DNA of 64,000 nt from a virus (lineage: Duplodnaviria > Caudoviricetes). Location of the stretch: the IMG/VR virus record IMGVR_UViG_3300033121_000493, positions 64,001 to 128,000 of that record. The stretch is one strand, 5' to 3'. Made by a program: the position numbers and the translations under genes. Of this stretch, positions 1 to 10,188 are shown in pieces; position 1 is the first letter of the stretch; each line of letters starts with the position of its first letter. Below the pieces are notes generated by a model that worked only from the letters and a program-made list of their open reading frames with translations, was not told the DNA's origin and did no database searches.

Positions 1-476
1 GCGCCAGACAAGCCACCAACTGCACCTTGACCTAGCATGTCCTGTACGTAGTCTGGATTAGCAGCAGTAATAGCGTGCTGTATGTCATTTGGATCAACGT
101 TGGCGTTAGGAGGAGCTATATCACCTTTATACTTGCGATACAAATTAGACCCGGCATAGCCACCAATACCACCTAGCGCGCTACCAAGTAAAGCATCTGC
201 TAATGGACTAGCCCCACCAGTTAACAATGACGCCGCACCCATACCCGCGCCACCAGCCAGCGATGAAATAAGAGCAGCCTTGGCATCCGGCGATAGTTGG
301 TTATACGCTGCAAGCAATCTAGCTTTTAGATCGCTGGCACCAGACATCATGCTATTTCCAACGTTACTAGCGCCAGATGCTAATTGATCTTTAAGTCCAG
401 CTATAGTGGACATAAAGTCGGCTTTCTTAGTTAAAGCCAGTTTAGCTAATTCTTTTGCTAGTGGTTTGGTATCCAC
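1..476 (-). CDS. Partial Ala/Gly-rich probable virion protein (glycine-zipper, K-x-A motif); runs off window
   Basis: Hand translation from GTG at 476: VDTKPLAKELAKLALTKKADF...GGAGMGAASLLTGG...GSALGGIGGYAG; starts 2 nt past the stop of 479-1669. Confidence 0.6.
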   Translation of the reverse strand, partial: MDTKPLAKELAKLALTKKADFMSTIAGLKDQLASGASNVGNSMMSGASDLKARLLAAYNQLSPDAKAALISSLAGGAGMGAASLLTGGASPLADALLGSALGGIGGYAGSNLYRKYKGDIAPPNANVDPNDIQHAITAANPDYVQDMLGQGAVGGLSG

Positions 477-478
477 GT

Positions 479-1669
479 TTATTCTCCGGGCTGATCGAGC
501 TTCTTAATCTTAGTTTCTGTATCAATTAACTGTCCAGCTTCAAACGGATCTATATGACCTAGCTCAAGTTGGCGTCGTAATACAGCTCGCATAAGTTCTG
601 GTCGGTCATTGAGTCGTGGAGATAGGCTAGACAGTGAATTAAACACAGTAATAACATCACCAGGCTTATGCTTTGAAATAACAGGGTCGCTAGCTATCCA
701 CGAATTCAGCGACGATTTCATATTGATTGCGCGTATGCGCTTATCATAATCCGTGGCTTTGGAAAAATCCGAGTTAGTAAACTCGTCTTCGTCGTTATCG
801 CTAGCGTTTGGATTTAGAAGCCCACCTAACTCCTTATACATAGGCATCTTAGGTAATACCTTGTCTTCGATAAATCCTGCAGCTTTTGTTATTGCATCAA
901 TATCAGCCTGGATACTATCAGCCTTATGTTTATTAGCTGCGTATACAGCGGCTTCATCCATAGCTTTCTTAATAAGAACGTATGGCTTAGCACTAACATC
1001 AAACGCTACAGATACCTTTGCACTGGCTCTCTTTACGTTGTTACTTATACCAGCAGCCACCATATCAAGTACTGGCTTAATGGCATCACCGTACGTAGCA
1101 ACAGCGTTTGCTTCTACAACATCAAATGGAATTGCATTAAACCCGGCAAAATACTCTGTAGCCGATTTAACAAAATCCACAATTCTAGATTTAGCAGCCA
1201 GCGTATCTATATCTGCGCGTGCTTTAGCCTCTTTTAACGAACGCCGCTCGGTGTAAGCAGCTTCTAGTATCTTAGCTGGATCTAGCTTTACAAGTTTGGG
1301 CGGGATAAGAAACGCAGCTTTTGCCATAGGCTCAGCTATGTTATCCGTATCAAATGTTTGTGGAGTCTCAAACCCGACAGACTTAGTGGCCGTAGCGGCT
1401 TTTGTCACTTTTGGCCAAATAGTATCAATGGCTTTTTGCGCATCAGCTAATGGAAAAGAACTACCTTTCTCCATAGGATCTGCCGTTTGAAAATGCGATA
1501 GTACCTTGCTGGTGTTATATACTTCAGCCAAACGTCTAACAAACTCAGGCGACAAATTATTACTTACGGCAGCTTTGCATAGAGCGTCCGTAGGATCTGC
1601 GCCATTGTTTGTAGCCTCTATAACGCCTGTTACAGCGTTGACTACTTTAGCTTCATTAGTATTAGCCAC
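479..1669 (-). CDS. Hypothetical protein, probable virion/head-associated (multiple K-x-A motifs)
   Basis: 396 aa ORF, Ala-rich, VTKAAT, MAKAAF, VKRASA, ITKAAG. Confidence 0.6.
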   Translation of the reverse strand: MANTNEAKVVNAVTGVIEATNNGADPTDALCKAAVSNNLSPEFVRRLAEVYNTSKVLSHFQTADPMEKGSSFPLADAQKAIDTIWPKVTKAATATKSVGFETPQTFDTDNIAEPMAKAAFLIPPKLVKLDPAKILEAAYTERRSLKEAKARADIDTLAAKSRIVDFVKSATEYFAGFNAIPFDVVEANAVATYGDAIKPVLDMVAAGISNNVKRASAKVSVAFDVSAKPYVLIKKAMDEAAVYAANKHKADSIQADIDAITKAAGFIEDKVLPKMPMYKELGGLLNPNASDNDEDEFTNSDFSKATDYDKRIRAINMKSSLNSWIASDPVISKHKPGDVITVFNSLSSLSPRLNDRPELMRAVLRRQLELGHIDPFEAGQLIDTETKIKKLDQPGE

Positions 1670-1689
1670 GCGTCACCTACTTTATTAGT

Positions 1690-2613
1690 TTAAAATCCGC
1701 GAACGGAGTTATTGAACGCCTGCATCGCGGCCATGTTTTGCAGCCACGTTTGTACCGTTTTCTTAAGATATTCGTTATTAGCGGCACCTGGCGAATTCAC
1801 GTAATGCATAAGCGACGACATTAATTGCGGGTTCTGCATCAATGAATCAGACGGTAGTGCTTGCAACATTTGCGCAAACTGATTGGCAGCTTGTTCAGCG
1901 CCAAGGTTTTGTTGGTTTTTACTGAAATCGTTGTACTGGTCGTAGCCCCATTTTCCACCAGCCAAAGCACCAGCTCCGGCTAAAGCAGATAGTCCGTGTC
2001 TTACGTATGGATTACCGCTTGCTTGCCCGGCAAATTGCCCTATCCGATTACCTACGCTTGGTGCGTTTCTAATTACACTACCAGTCATTGCATTTGTTGC
2101 GCCACGTAACTTTGAACCAATCTGACCCACGCCTTCTACCACACGACCAAATATATTGCCCAAAGGTGCTGCTCTTTTTGCCATGTTTATGCCAGCACTA
2201 AAAAGACTAGCCTTTTTAACGAGAGCATTACACAAAGCTTTATCTTCTGGGCTACCGTCATGAAGCTCATTCATAACGCCAAGCGCAACCTTGGCCAACT
2301 CAGCCTCTTTGGTAAATCTAGTCTTTAGTTCCGCTAGAGTATCAGACGCCGATTTAACGTTGGGCTTCTTAATCTTAGACAGCGCAAGTTTAACCAGGTC
2401 TTCAGTAGACAAGCCACTAAGCCGTTCAGTGGCACTCGCAAACTTAATAAGTTCGTCATTTACGCAATTTTGGCCAAACTTAGCCACGCACGTATCAATA
2501 AATCCCCGCACAAATGGCGAGTAATTATTATTCACTTGATTTTCGGATTTCACCGTGCTCATTAGTTTCTCGCTTTTGGGCATTTTGTAGCCGTTGTAGT
2601 AATTCTGGCGCAT
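1690..2613 (-). CDS. Hypothetical probable virion protein (K-x-A motifs, Gly-rich hydrophobic segment)
   Basis: FVRGFIDTC, IKFASA, VKSASD, VKKASL, AKRAAP; GLSALAGAGALAGGKWG; true start probably downstream of 2613. Confidence 0.6.
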   Translation of the reverse strand: MRQNYYNGYKMPKSEKLMSTVKSENQVNNNYSPFVRGFIDTCVAKFGQNCVNDELIKFASATERLSGLSTEDLVKLALSKIKKPNVKSASDTLAELKTRFTKEAELAKVALGVMNELHDGSPEDKALCNALVKKASLFSAGINMAKRAAPLGNIFGRVVEGVGQIGSKLRGATNAMTGSVIRNAPSVGNRIGQFAGQASGNPYVRHGLSALAGAGALAGGKWGYDQYNDFSKNQQNLGAEQAANQFAQMLQALPSDSLMQNPQLMSSLMHYVNSPGAANNEYLKKTVQTWLQNMAAMQAFNNSVRGF

Positions 2614-3445
2614 GTGCTAGTGCCGTAGTCACCTCAACTGACGACACTCCAGTATTATCAATCGGAGCAAGACAAAATTGTATCGAACTGAGTATCGAAG
2701 CTACAAATTGTTTAACGTCTGCATTTTCACCACTACCACCACTTGGCATGGATTTCTGAACTTCAAACTCAGTTCGCTTCGTCTCAAGATACTCTTCTAT
2801 TACTTCATGAGCGTTGAATTGGTTGATATCCCTAACGTTCAACGCCTTAATAGCCTGTCGCCGTATCTGTGATGTGAAGATATCATCCAGCTTGTTTATG
2901 TCAGACTTTTCTAGGGCACCATCATTCCATAGTGCCATTACTGCATTAGTACCACAAGATAGGGCTACTTGCTTCCAAAACGGATCAGGGTCTAAATCTC
3001 TATTACCACGGTCTCTTATTTTAGAACCTATGTACGTTTTGATAGCGCCTGGCTTGTCCAAATGCTGTCGTACGTCGAAGAAGCACAACTCATACGTAGT
3101 TATTACTGAAGTCGGTAAGCCAAGATAATTGGCTATTTCTTCGGTTTCCATTCCCGCTATTACTAATGCTTCTATGTGAAATCTTGGACCTCTATACTCG
3201 CGCGTGAATATGTCATACGCCCAGTATATATCTTGAAATGTTGTTTCCAGTCGTTCTTGCTCAGCTTCAGTTGTTTCACGCCAAGCTTCTATAAACCTGG
3301 TTAACTCAACAACCAACGCGTCTTTCTCTGTAATAAAGAACTTGATACCTGAGTCTACTAGTTTCACGGCACGAGAATACCGCCATTGCGGATCTAATAA
3401 AGACCGCAGTGACGGTATTCTTGATTGGATAGCCGCTTTTTCCAT
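2528..3445 (-). CDS. Hypothetical protein
   Basis: 305 aa ORF abutting 3446-5740. Confidence 0.65.
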   Translation of the reverse strand: MEKAAIQSRIPSLRSLLDPQWRYSRAVKLVDSGIKFFITEKDALVVELTRFIEAWRETTEAEQERLETTFQDIYWAYDIFTREYRGPRFHIEALVIAGMETEEIANYLGLPTSVITTYELCFFDVRQHLDKPGAIKTYIGSKIRDRGNRDLDPDPFWKQVALSCGTNAVMALWNDGALEKSDINKLDDIFTSQIRRQAIKALNVRDINQFNAHEVIEEYLETKRTEFEVQKSMPSGGSGENADVKQFVASILSSIQFCLAPIDNTGVSSVEVTTALAHAPELLQRLQNAQKRETNEHGEIRKSSE

Positions 3446-5740
3446 TTACACTCGGGCACCTAGATTCAGCTCAAGTCCATCCAGCGACGACCCAGAGCTA
3501 ATTCTACGTTGCTTCAAGAATAGGATCAGATCACCCAGCGCGCTAGATACGTTCTTTAGCTGATCTTCTAATTCTGGCAAGTTCTCATTACCATATCGCT
3601 CTTTGAACTTATCTCCGAACCAGTAGTAGATACACATGATACGGTTTACACGGTCAAGGCCAAGAATCAGATCGCCTAGATACTTACCAATTAAGTCATC
3701 GTTATCGATGGTCTTGATAAGCGAAGCGATGGCCGACGTATCGAAGACTTCTTTTTGACCAGTCTGTGCGGCCTGCATCATCTGTTCTTTTTCGGCTTTA
3801 CCTAGATACGCTTCTGGATTAGCGTCCATCTGAGGTGACTGCATAAGTGCGTTCATCTCATATTGTTCTGGTACGCCAGCATACGAATCAAACCCCATAC
3901 CAGGCTCTGGAATAGGAGGAGCGTAGTCAGCACTAAGTTTCATCAGATACTCAGCCGACTTACCAGGAGCAATATCTACAAGACTATCAGCATCTTTTGC
4001 CGAAGCTCCAGACTTCTTTATCGCAGCTAGAACAACGCGCTGCCGACTAAATGGACCTGTACCGTTAACAAAGTAGCTGTTACTATAGTCACGGCTTACC
4101 TTCACAACACTCATACCAGACTTCATTAGCCCCATCTCAAAAGAGATGAGTGAACCTGGGTCTATAGACGACCACGTATTAACGTTGTCTTTATTTGCAG
4201 ACTTAGCGAGCTTTATGACCTTAGCCGAATTAGGCACAAACAGCGTATTACCCACACATTTGATAGCTATATCTCGGTCTACAATAACTATCTGAGTCAC
4301 ATTCCAGTTACCAACAGTTGGATATGAGCTATCACTACTTTCTGGTAGCGGACTGGATACGTGCATACCGTTTATACCACGTGTCCCTGTGTACTTGGTG
4401 TAATCGCTGGCTGGGTTTCTGGCAAAAGCTTTGCTATTGTCAGACTCAACCCATCCACGTCCTTCGTGGTTTTGCTCAAACGTGCGTAATGGGTTGGCTA
4501 CACTAGGTTCAGCGGTCATGGGACAAACAATTACACGCGTAGTACCATCTTTATCCGTTAGCTTGTTTTCAACTTTGAACGCTACCGTAGCAGCCATTCT
4601 GTTAGTAGCGATCACGTAGTTGTTACCAGTTGTCATGGAAGTGACATCGTCAAGCTTGTCCATAGCTTCAAGATTTTCAGCTCTGTCACCTTCCATCGGC
4701 TTACACCACAATAGTGTAGGCCACTGATAGAAGAACTCGTTATCTTTGTCTAGGTTAACAACTAGTGCAGCTCTGGATACACCCTCGCCAATAGGATGCG
4801 GGGCTATAAACACCCACACATTGACAAATGTGTTCTTGTCCGTAAGCAGTTCATACTTACCACTGATAGTAGGATTTACCAGATTGTACGAACCACGTTT
4901 ATAAATACCGTTATGCTCAGAGCGGTTATCGCGTACGATTATTTCACCGCGCATCAGTGCTTCACGGTCTTTATCGAAGATGGCATCCGCCGCAGCTTCC
5001 TTACCAAAGATTACTTTTACAGTATTGGTAGATCTGTCAATGGCTCTAGCTGCTTTAAAGACATTGAAATCTTTTTCAGCTGCGGTATTTGGATTAAACT
5101 TCTTTGAGTTATCTAACGCACGCTTAGTAATGAGCTTATCTAGCGAGTAGTAATTGGTTACGGCGGCATTGAACCGCTCATCCTTTTTCATAGCGTCCAG
5201 CATCATTACTACTGTGCCGCAGTTGGCTGTCTTCTCTAAGAATTCAGGCAACTGTAGCGCGCTACCGTTTCGTGTCGTAAATACTTTTGGTAGTTCACCA
5301 AGATCACTGGCCGATCGAACGTTGAACAACTCCAACCCAGGACGTCCAGCTCTACCCGTAATACCTCTAATGTCTGGTGACATGACACCTAGCTGTTGTT
5401 CAGTTCTAGGTTCTTTCTCGCCAAGCTTAAACGGTCTACGATTAAGTAGAAACGAAATCCAATTATCCGCCAGCGGAAGGAAAAGATCCTGTTCTTTCAA
5501 ATACATGAAATTACATTTGAGCTCACCGTTCAAATAGAAGCACGGCACAAGTATCAGCTGCTCGCCAACTTTAAACCCAAATACACCAAGTGCGTGAGTT
5601 TGATCGTCGTTTGCGTCGACTATCTCAAACCCCAACATGTAATCCATTAATGACGGAGCTTTATCGCGCAACTGAGCGTGCGATAAATTTGCAAGTGTTA
5701 GTTCAAAATCACTATCTGGAGATTGTGCTATAGACGCCAC
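3446..5740 (-). CDS. Large hypothetical protein, probable virion structural protein
   Basis: 764 aa ORF with repeated K-x-A (EKTAN, TKRAL, GKEAA) in a putative structural block. Confidence 0.6.
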   Translation of the reverse strand: MASIAQSPDSDFELTLANLSHAQLRDKAPSLMDYMLGFEIVDANDDQTHALGVFGFKVGEQLILVPCFYLNGELKCNFMYLKEQDLFLPLADNWISFLLNRRPFKLGEKEPRTEQQLGVMSPDIRGITGRAGRPGLELFNVRSASDLGELPKVFTTRNGSALQLPEFLEKTANCGTVVMMLDAMKKDERFNAAVTNYYSLDKLITKRALDNSKKFNPNTAAEKDFNVFKAARAIDRSTNTVKVIFGKEAAADAIFDKDREALMRGEIIVRDNRSEHNGIYKRGSYNLVNPTISGKYELLTDKNTFVNVWVFIAPHPIGEGVSRAALVVNLDKDNEFFYQWPTLLWCKPMEGDRAENLEAMDKLDDVTSMTTGNNYVIATNRMAATVAFKVENKLTDKDGTTRVIVCPMTAEPSVANPLRTFEQNHEGRGWVESDNSKAFARNPASDYTKYTGTRGINGMHVSSPLPESSDSSYPTVGNWNVTQIVIVDRDIAIKCVGNTLFVPNSAKVIKLAKSANKDNVNTWSSIDPGSLISFEMGLMKSGMSVVKVSRDYSNSYFVNGTGPFSRQRVVLAAIKKSGASAKDADSLVDIAPGKSAEYLMKLSADYAPPIPEPGMGFDSYAGVPEQYEMNALMQSPQMDANPEAYLGKAEKEQMMQAAQTGQKEVFDTSAIASLIKTIDNDDLIGKYLGDLILGLDRVNRIMCIYYWFGDKFKERYGNENLPELEDQLKNVSSALGDLILFLKQRRISSGSSLDGLELNLGARV

Positions 5741-5753
5741 AGGTTATTACCCC

Positions 5754-5990
5754 TTACATTATTTTGGTAGTTGATTGGTTTAACCCTTTTGCCGGATTAG
5801 TCATAGGCTTTATAGGCATACTGATCGGCTTAGTACCAGCCGGTTTATTACCAAGTCCTATACCACCCATTCCAGTTAAACCACGCATACCAACACCTTG
5901 CGTTGATTGCATTGGACCTATGCTGGGTATACCAGTGGCTAACGCCTGCTTATACAATTCAACGCCTAGGTTATATGCAAAATCATTCAT
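5754..5990 (-). CDS. Small Gly/Pro-rich protein with K-x-A motif
   Basis: MNDFAYNLGVELYKQALA... Confidence 0.55.
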   Translation of the reverse strand: MNDFAYNLGVELYKQALATGIPSIGPMQSTQGVGMRGLTGMGGIGLGNKPAGTKPISMPIKPMTNPAKGLNQSTTKIM

Positions 5991-6029
5991 GGCTTATGTT
6001 ACCTTATAGTAGTGGCATCCGCCAAAAAG

Positions 6030-8834
6030 TTAATAGACACCTTTAGTTTCTAAATCTTTACCAAATGTAGTGCCTTCTGCCAGCGCGTGTCCAAAGTTAG
6101 GTCCGTGTATTTGTGAACTAGATCCACGTCGAGCAGCGTCCATAAATCCTTTGCCTACATAAAATCCTTGAAGGCGCTTGAACCAATCTTTGTCATATAT
6201 GGTTGATTCAAGTGCTCTTGTCATGTACGGTTCAAATGGTGGTGGTTCTGTATGCGCAGTTATAGAATTTACACTGTGCTTATTAAGTGTCTTGGCAACA
6301 CTAGGAGTTATACGCGTACCAATAGAGTAATGTAACACTGGCTGTTCTAAGAACTTACCTACAGACTTATCTGGCTTATCAGTAACACTACCGTGGCGCG
6401 GCTTCCATCGGCTAGCCAGGTCGTCATAGGAAATGATGTCGTCTGGTATTAGATTTTCTCCAGCGTCAAAGTCTGTCACTTTAACGTGGTTTAATAGACC
6501 GCGCGCCATAATCTCTATGTTACGACGGTTTACTTTTATACCACTGTTAGCCAACGTTTCTCTTAGTGTCTTCATAAAGTAACGTCGACCTTCGCCTACG
6601 TGCTTAAAGCGTACTACTTCAGCAGGATTAGCTATACCTGTAGATAAAGCGTCACCAGCCTCTACAGTATCACCGACCTTAACTTTTAATGTTGCCTCTG
6701 GTGGCACGTAATGCTTTTCACCGTCAACTAGTACATAGTTACCGCCCTGCGGCGCTGCCTCTACACTTTCCACTCTACCGTCTTGTGAAGCTAAAGTAGC
6801 AGCCCCAACGAAAGTACTTGGAACACTGACAAGCTGTTCTATAGCTCTAAACCCAGACAGCCCAGTCTCATGCGACGAACCTATAACGCCCGCGCCGTGC
6901 TTAGCGCTATTAGATACTATTAGACCATTGGCCAATACAAACAAATGGTCTTCATGATCTACTTCTATGTCCATCGTGTTAAGTTGGCCGACGTCATGTG
7001 CAAACCAAAATTTTAATGTGTAATCGGCGTGTTTCCCACTTTCATATACAACAACCCGCTGTTTATCTACATCGCCAACTGGCATTACAACGTGATCGTC
7101 TTCATTATTTGATACAAGGATTTTATGATCTTTGGTGGATACAACAGCAATCTCGTGGCCACTGTATTTAGCAAATACAGATTTAATACACGGACGAATC
7201 CCGTTGTTGTACTTGTTCAATACTCTAACTGGGAAAACGTTACCAAACTTGTTAGCTCCCAGCACTAACTCCTGTAACTCTATGTCTTTAAGTTTCTTTA
7301 CAGACCCGTCAGCCATGCGAACTTCAGTATTCTCATCCAAGCATAACTGAGACTGGCTAAGTGGCTCACTTATAGCCTGCGCGGCAGATATACCTACGTT
7401 ATCACCAATCGCACTACGACCTCTATCACGCATTCCTGCAGCTAGTCTAGGCACACCAATCCCACCAGCAGATATAGGAGAATGGATTAGTATCTCGTCG
7501 TTGTCTTTTCTCAACTCTTTAAGTATCGACGGTGTTATTGTCGTACCGGCTTTGAACTTGCCGTAATCTCTGGCTAGCGCAGCTCCAACACTATCGTCAT
7601 CGTCTGTGTCTACTGGCAAACCAGTTCCAGCGCCTGGCTCTTCATCAGTTACTATCAGTCTGGCATTGGCGTTGGCCAAAAGTTTGCCTAGATAACCGGC
7701 ATCGGCAGTCGAGTTTGAAACGATTAAACCGTTCTCCAACACGAATAGATGGTCCTCATTTGCCACTTCTATATCAAAAGTATCAACAGTGCCAACTGCT
7801 ATTTTTTCAATGGCACGCGATGTTTTACGGTACGCTTTTGTATCACGTGTATTATCAAGTAGCTGCGCGACGCAAGCAGAAAAATTGTTCTTGTGTGGGT
7901 TTGCCCAGAATTTTGCACGGCTTAACGGCTGGATACTAAAAGATCTATCCCAGTGTACTGTTTTATTTGCGCGAGTAATACTACAAAGGATTTTATGATC
8001 CTCTGTGCAGATAAGCTCTAGTGTGTTATTTTCGTGTTCTAGCTTGAGCTTTCGTCCGTTTCTGAATTTAAACTTGTAGCACTCACGCGGCCCATTCGCG
8101 AATACTTTAGTAACCAGTGTTGGAAAAGTTTGACCGGCTTTATTTGCCCCTAGCACCCAGTCACCAGGTTGTATGGCTTCAATTGGCTTTACTGTAAAGT
8201 CCGCCATGCGTACTTTGGTACCTACTGAAACGCATCGCTTGGTGGATATGATGCCCTTTCGTGTTCCATAGCTCGTTGCAAAGTATTCAGCAGGAGATAG
8301 CCCCTCTGAATAGTTACTTAAAATAGGAATAGGTATAGGCTTATCGTTATGGTCGGCAACTAACAAATCAGCCGCTCTTAGAGTACTAAGGTTAGCCGCA
8401 CTACCTCTAGCGCCAGATTTGATCGCCATAGCAAAGTTATTGCCTTCGTCGAGACTTTCTTTGTATGTAGCGTCGCGTAAAGGATCTATCTTACTCATCA
8501 GAAAACTGATTAGCTGTTGATTCCTGGTTTTCTCATCTAGCCGCTTGTCAGCAAACAACTTAGATACATGCTCTTTTATTTGCTGAATAATTGGTTCTTT
8601 AGCTTTTGCAGTTTCTAGGTCTTTCAGCGACAGCGATGTACCAGATGAAAACGCTACATCAGCGCCTACCTTAGAAAGATTATGTACTATCTCTTTATAT
8701 TTGTCCGGATAACGCTGCTGCACTTCTCGTAGTACATTCATCATGGTCTTTTTGTCCATGACTCTATCGTAGTCCCGCATGTCTTCGGGAAGTGCTTCAT
8801 TAACCATTAATTTGCCAAGAGTAGTTGTTAACAT
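6030..8834 (-). CDS. rpoC: DNA-directed RNA polymerase beta' subunit, C-terminal part, with two inteins
   Basis: TTLGKLMVNEALP, KSGARGS, SNYSEGLSPAEYF..GTRKG, TADAGYL (bridge helix), AAQAISEP..KH (trigger loop), VGDTVEAGDALSTG. Confidence 0.92.
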   Translation of the reverse strand: MLTTTLGKLMVNEALPEDMRDYDRVMDKKTMMNVLREVQQRYPDKYKEIVHNLSKVGADVAFSSGTSLSLKDLETAKAKEPIIQQIKEHVSKLFADKRLDEKTRNQQLISFLMSKIDPLRDATYKESLDEGNNFAMAIKSGARGSAANLSTLRAADLLVADHNDKPIPIPILSNYSEGLSPAEYFATSYGTRKGIISTKRCVSVGTKVRMADFTVKPIEAIQPGDWVLGANKAGQTFPTLVTKVFANGPRECYKFKFRNGRKLKLEHENNTLELICTEDHKILCSITRANKTVHWDRSFSIQPLSRAKFWANPHKNNFSACVAQLLDNTRDTKAYRKTSRAIEKIAVGTVDTFDIEVANEDHLFVLENGLIVSNSTADAGYLGKLLANANARLIVTDEEPGAGTGLPVDTDDDDSVGAALARDYGKFKAGTTITPSILKELRKDNDEILIHSPISAGGIGVPRLAAGMRDRGRSAIGDNVGISAAQAISEPLSQSQLCLDENTEVRMADGSVKKLKDIELQELVLGANKFGNVFPVRVLNKYNNGIRPCIKSVFAKYSGHEIAVVSTKDHKILVSNNEDDHVVMPVGDVDKQRVVVYESGKHADYTLKFWFAHDVGQLNTMDIEVDHEDHLFVLANGLIVSNSAKHGAGVIGSSHETGLSGFRAIEQLVSVPSTFVGAATLASQDGRVESVEAAPQGGNYVLVDGEKHYVPPEATLKVKVGDTVEAGDALSTGIANPAEVVRFKHVGEGRRYFMKTLRETLANSGIKVNRRNIEIMARGLLNHVKVTDFDAGENLIPDDIISYDDLASRWKPRHGSVTDKPDKSVGKFLEQPVLHYSIGTRITPSVAKTLNKHSVNSITAHTEPPPFEPYMTRALESTIYDKDWFKRLQGFYVGKGFMDAARRGSSSQIHGPNFGHALAEGTTFGKDLETKGVY
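6909..7343 (-). mobile_element. Mini-intein 2 (145 aa, residues 498-642) in the RNAP trigger loop
   Basis: CLDENTEVRMADG...STKDHKIL...DIEVDHEDHLFVLANGLIVSN, +1 Ser; removal restores AAQAISEPLSQSQLSAKHGAG. Confidence 0.9.
7713..8234 (-). mobile_element. Mini-intein 1 (174 aa, residues 201-374) in the RNAP bridge helix
   Basis: Starts C (CVSVGTKVRMAD), block B CTEDHKIL, ends DIEV..DHLFVLENGLIVSN, +1 Ser; removal restores GTRKGIISTKRSTADAGYL. Confidence 0.9.
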
Positions 8835-8835
8835 A

Positions 8836-9054
8836 TTATTTCAATGATGTTACTTGCACGTTTTGCTTAATACCCATTTGCGCCGCAAGTCTATTAAAAT
8901 CTTCTTCACCGGCCCTAGACACAGCGATGAAACCTTGATCGCTTTCCCACATTATAACAAGCAAATAGCCGTCGTTGTCGTAGACGGCTATTTGCTTTAC
9001 TTTTTCAGTTTCTTCGACTGTGTGTAGCGCGCTACGCTCAAACACACATTTCAT
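8836..9054 (-). CDS. Small hypothetical protein directly upstream of the beta'-C gene
   Basis: 72 aa, tight packing, globular-looking composition. Confidence 0.6.
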   Translation of the reverse strand: MKCVFERSALHTVEETEKVKQIAVYDNDGYLLVIMWESDQGFIAVSRAGEEDFNRLAAQMGIKQNVQVTSLK

Positions 9055-9058
9055 GACA

Positions 9059-9685
9059 TCACTCTTTTTTAGTTATGGCCTTAGCATACTTCGCTGCTGC
9101 GCTGACAGTCATACCAGAACCTGGCATACCGGCTGGCATAGTTGTACCTTGCGCGCCAAACGGTTGAGTCATTTGGCTAGGAGATACACCAGGCGCTGGC
9201 GGTTGTCCGCCTGCCTGGCTTGGATCAGCTACGCCTAATTGCGTCGCAATACTCTGCAGCAATTGAAGTACCTTGTCTCCACCACCAGCAGCGGCTGCTC
9301 CACCGCCGCCACCACGTTTACTACCACCACCCCCAGCAGCTAAGAAACCATCAATCTTACCTATCAGCTGGTCCAGTTTAGAATTTAAAGCAGCTAGTGG
9401 ATCTGGGCCAGCAGGCGCTGGTGCTGGTGCTGGTGGCATACCGCCACCCATAGACGGATCACCGCCAGGAGGCATACCACCCATAGATGGGTCACCGCCA
9501 GGCGGCATTGGAGCTCCACCCGGTGGCATGCCCGGAGGCATACCACCCATAGACGGATCACCGCCAGGAGGCGCACCACCTGGCGGCATTACGCCTGATG
9601 CGTCAGCTGGTACAAACGCTACTTTATGAGCTCTATCTAAATTAGCGTGTACCAAATCTGCCAATCTGTCATTAAACAGTTTCAT
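9059..9685 (-). CDS. Pro/Gly/Met low-complexity protein with 3x PPGGDPSMGG repeats
   Basis: Translation; N-terminal AHKVAF (K-x-A). Confidence 0.7.
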   Translation of the reverse strand: MKLFNDRLADLVHANLDRAHKVAFVPADASGVMPPGGAPPGGDPSMGGMPPGMPPGGAPMPPGGDPSMGGMPPGGDPSMGGGMPPAPAPAPAGPDPLAALNSKLDQLIGKIDGFLAAGGGGSKRGGGGGAAAAGGGDKVLQLLQSIATQLGVADPSQAGGQPPAPGVSPSQMTQPFGAQGTTMPAGMPGSGMTVSAAAKYAKAITKKE

Positions 9686-9702
9686 AGTTTGTCCTACAGT
9701 CT

Positions 9703-9927
9703 TTATGGTCTTGGCGTAACAGTCTGCTTCGCCGCATCGCCACGGCCCATATACCCATTGTAGTCGGTCGTGTGTACCACTGTAACTTCAGCTGGCGCGC
9801 CTGGCAATCCACCTCTACGCATATCGGACGAGGTACTAGCTTTATCCACGCCGCCATTAGGATTACTGTCCTGATGCTGCACTGTACGACTGGCGAAATT
9901 TGGCAGCACATCTACTCTATCAGACAT
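9703..9927 (-). CDS. Small hypothetical protein
   Basis: 74 aa, AGGAG RBS upstream. Confidence 0.6.
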   Translation of the reverse strand: MSDRVDVLPNFASRTVQHQDSNPNGGVDKASTSSDMRRGGLPGAPAEVTVVHTTDYNGYMGRGDAAKQTVTPRP

Positions 9928-9939
9928 TGGATATCTCCT

Positions 9940-10188
9940 TTATCTATGATCATTCAAAGCTGGATCAAACGGAGCTCCAGCAGGGTTTGTTATATAGTTA
10001 CTGCGCATAGTATCAGCAGACCGTTCCAAAATATTTGGATACGGATTGCCGATCACAGCATTCATTCTTAGATCTGTCAGACCTAATAGTTCCTTTGCCG
10101 TTGTCGGCACGTTGTGAGGAATACCGTACGCCGGTGGATAGTATTTACCGGCAAAATAAACACCAGCAAAATACTTATGTGAAAACAT
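9940..10188 (-). CDS. Small hypothetical protein (YFAG repeats)
   Basis: 82 aa, start overlaps the stop of 10188-10766. Confidence 0.55.
   Translation of the reverse strand: MFSHKYFAGVYFAGKYYPPAYGIPHNVPTTAKELLGLTDLRMNAVIGNPYPNILERSADTMRSNYITNPAGAPFDPALNDHR

Noticed and set aside
6909-8234. Homing endonucleases within the inteins
   Set aside because: 145 and 174 aa are too short, and no LAGLIDADG or HNH motifs are present
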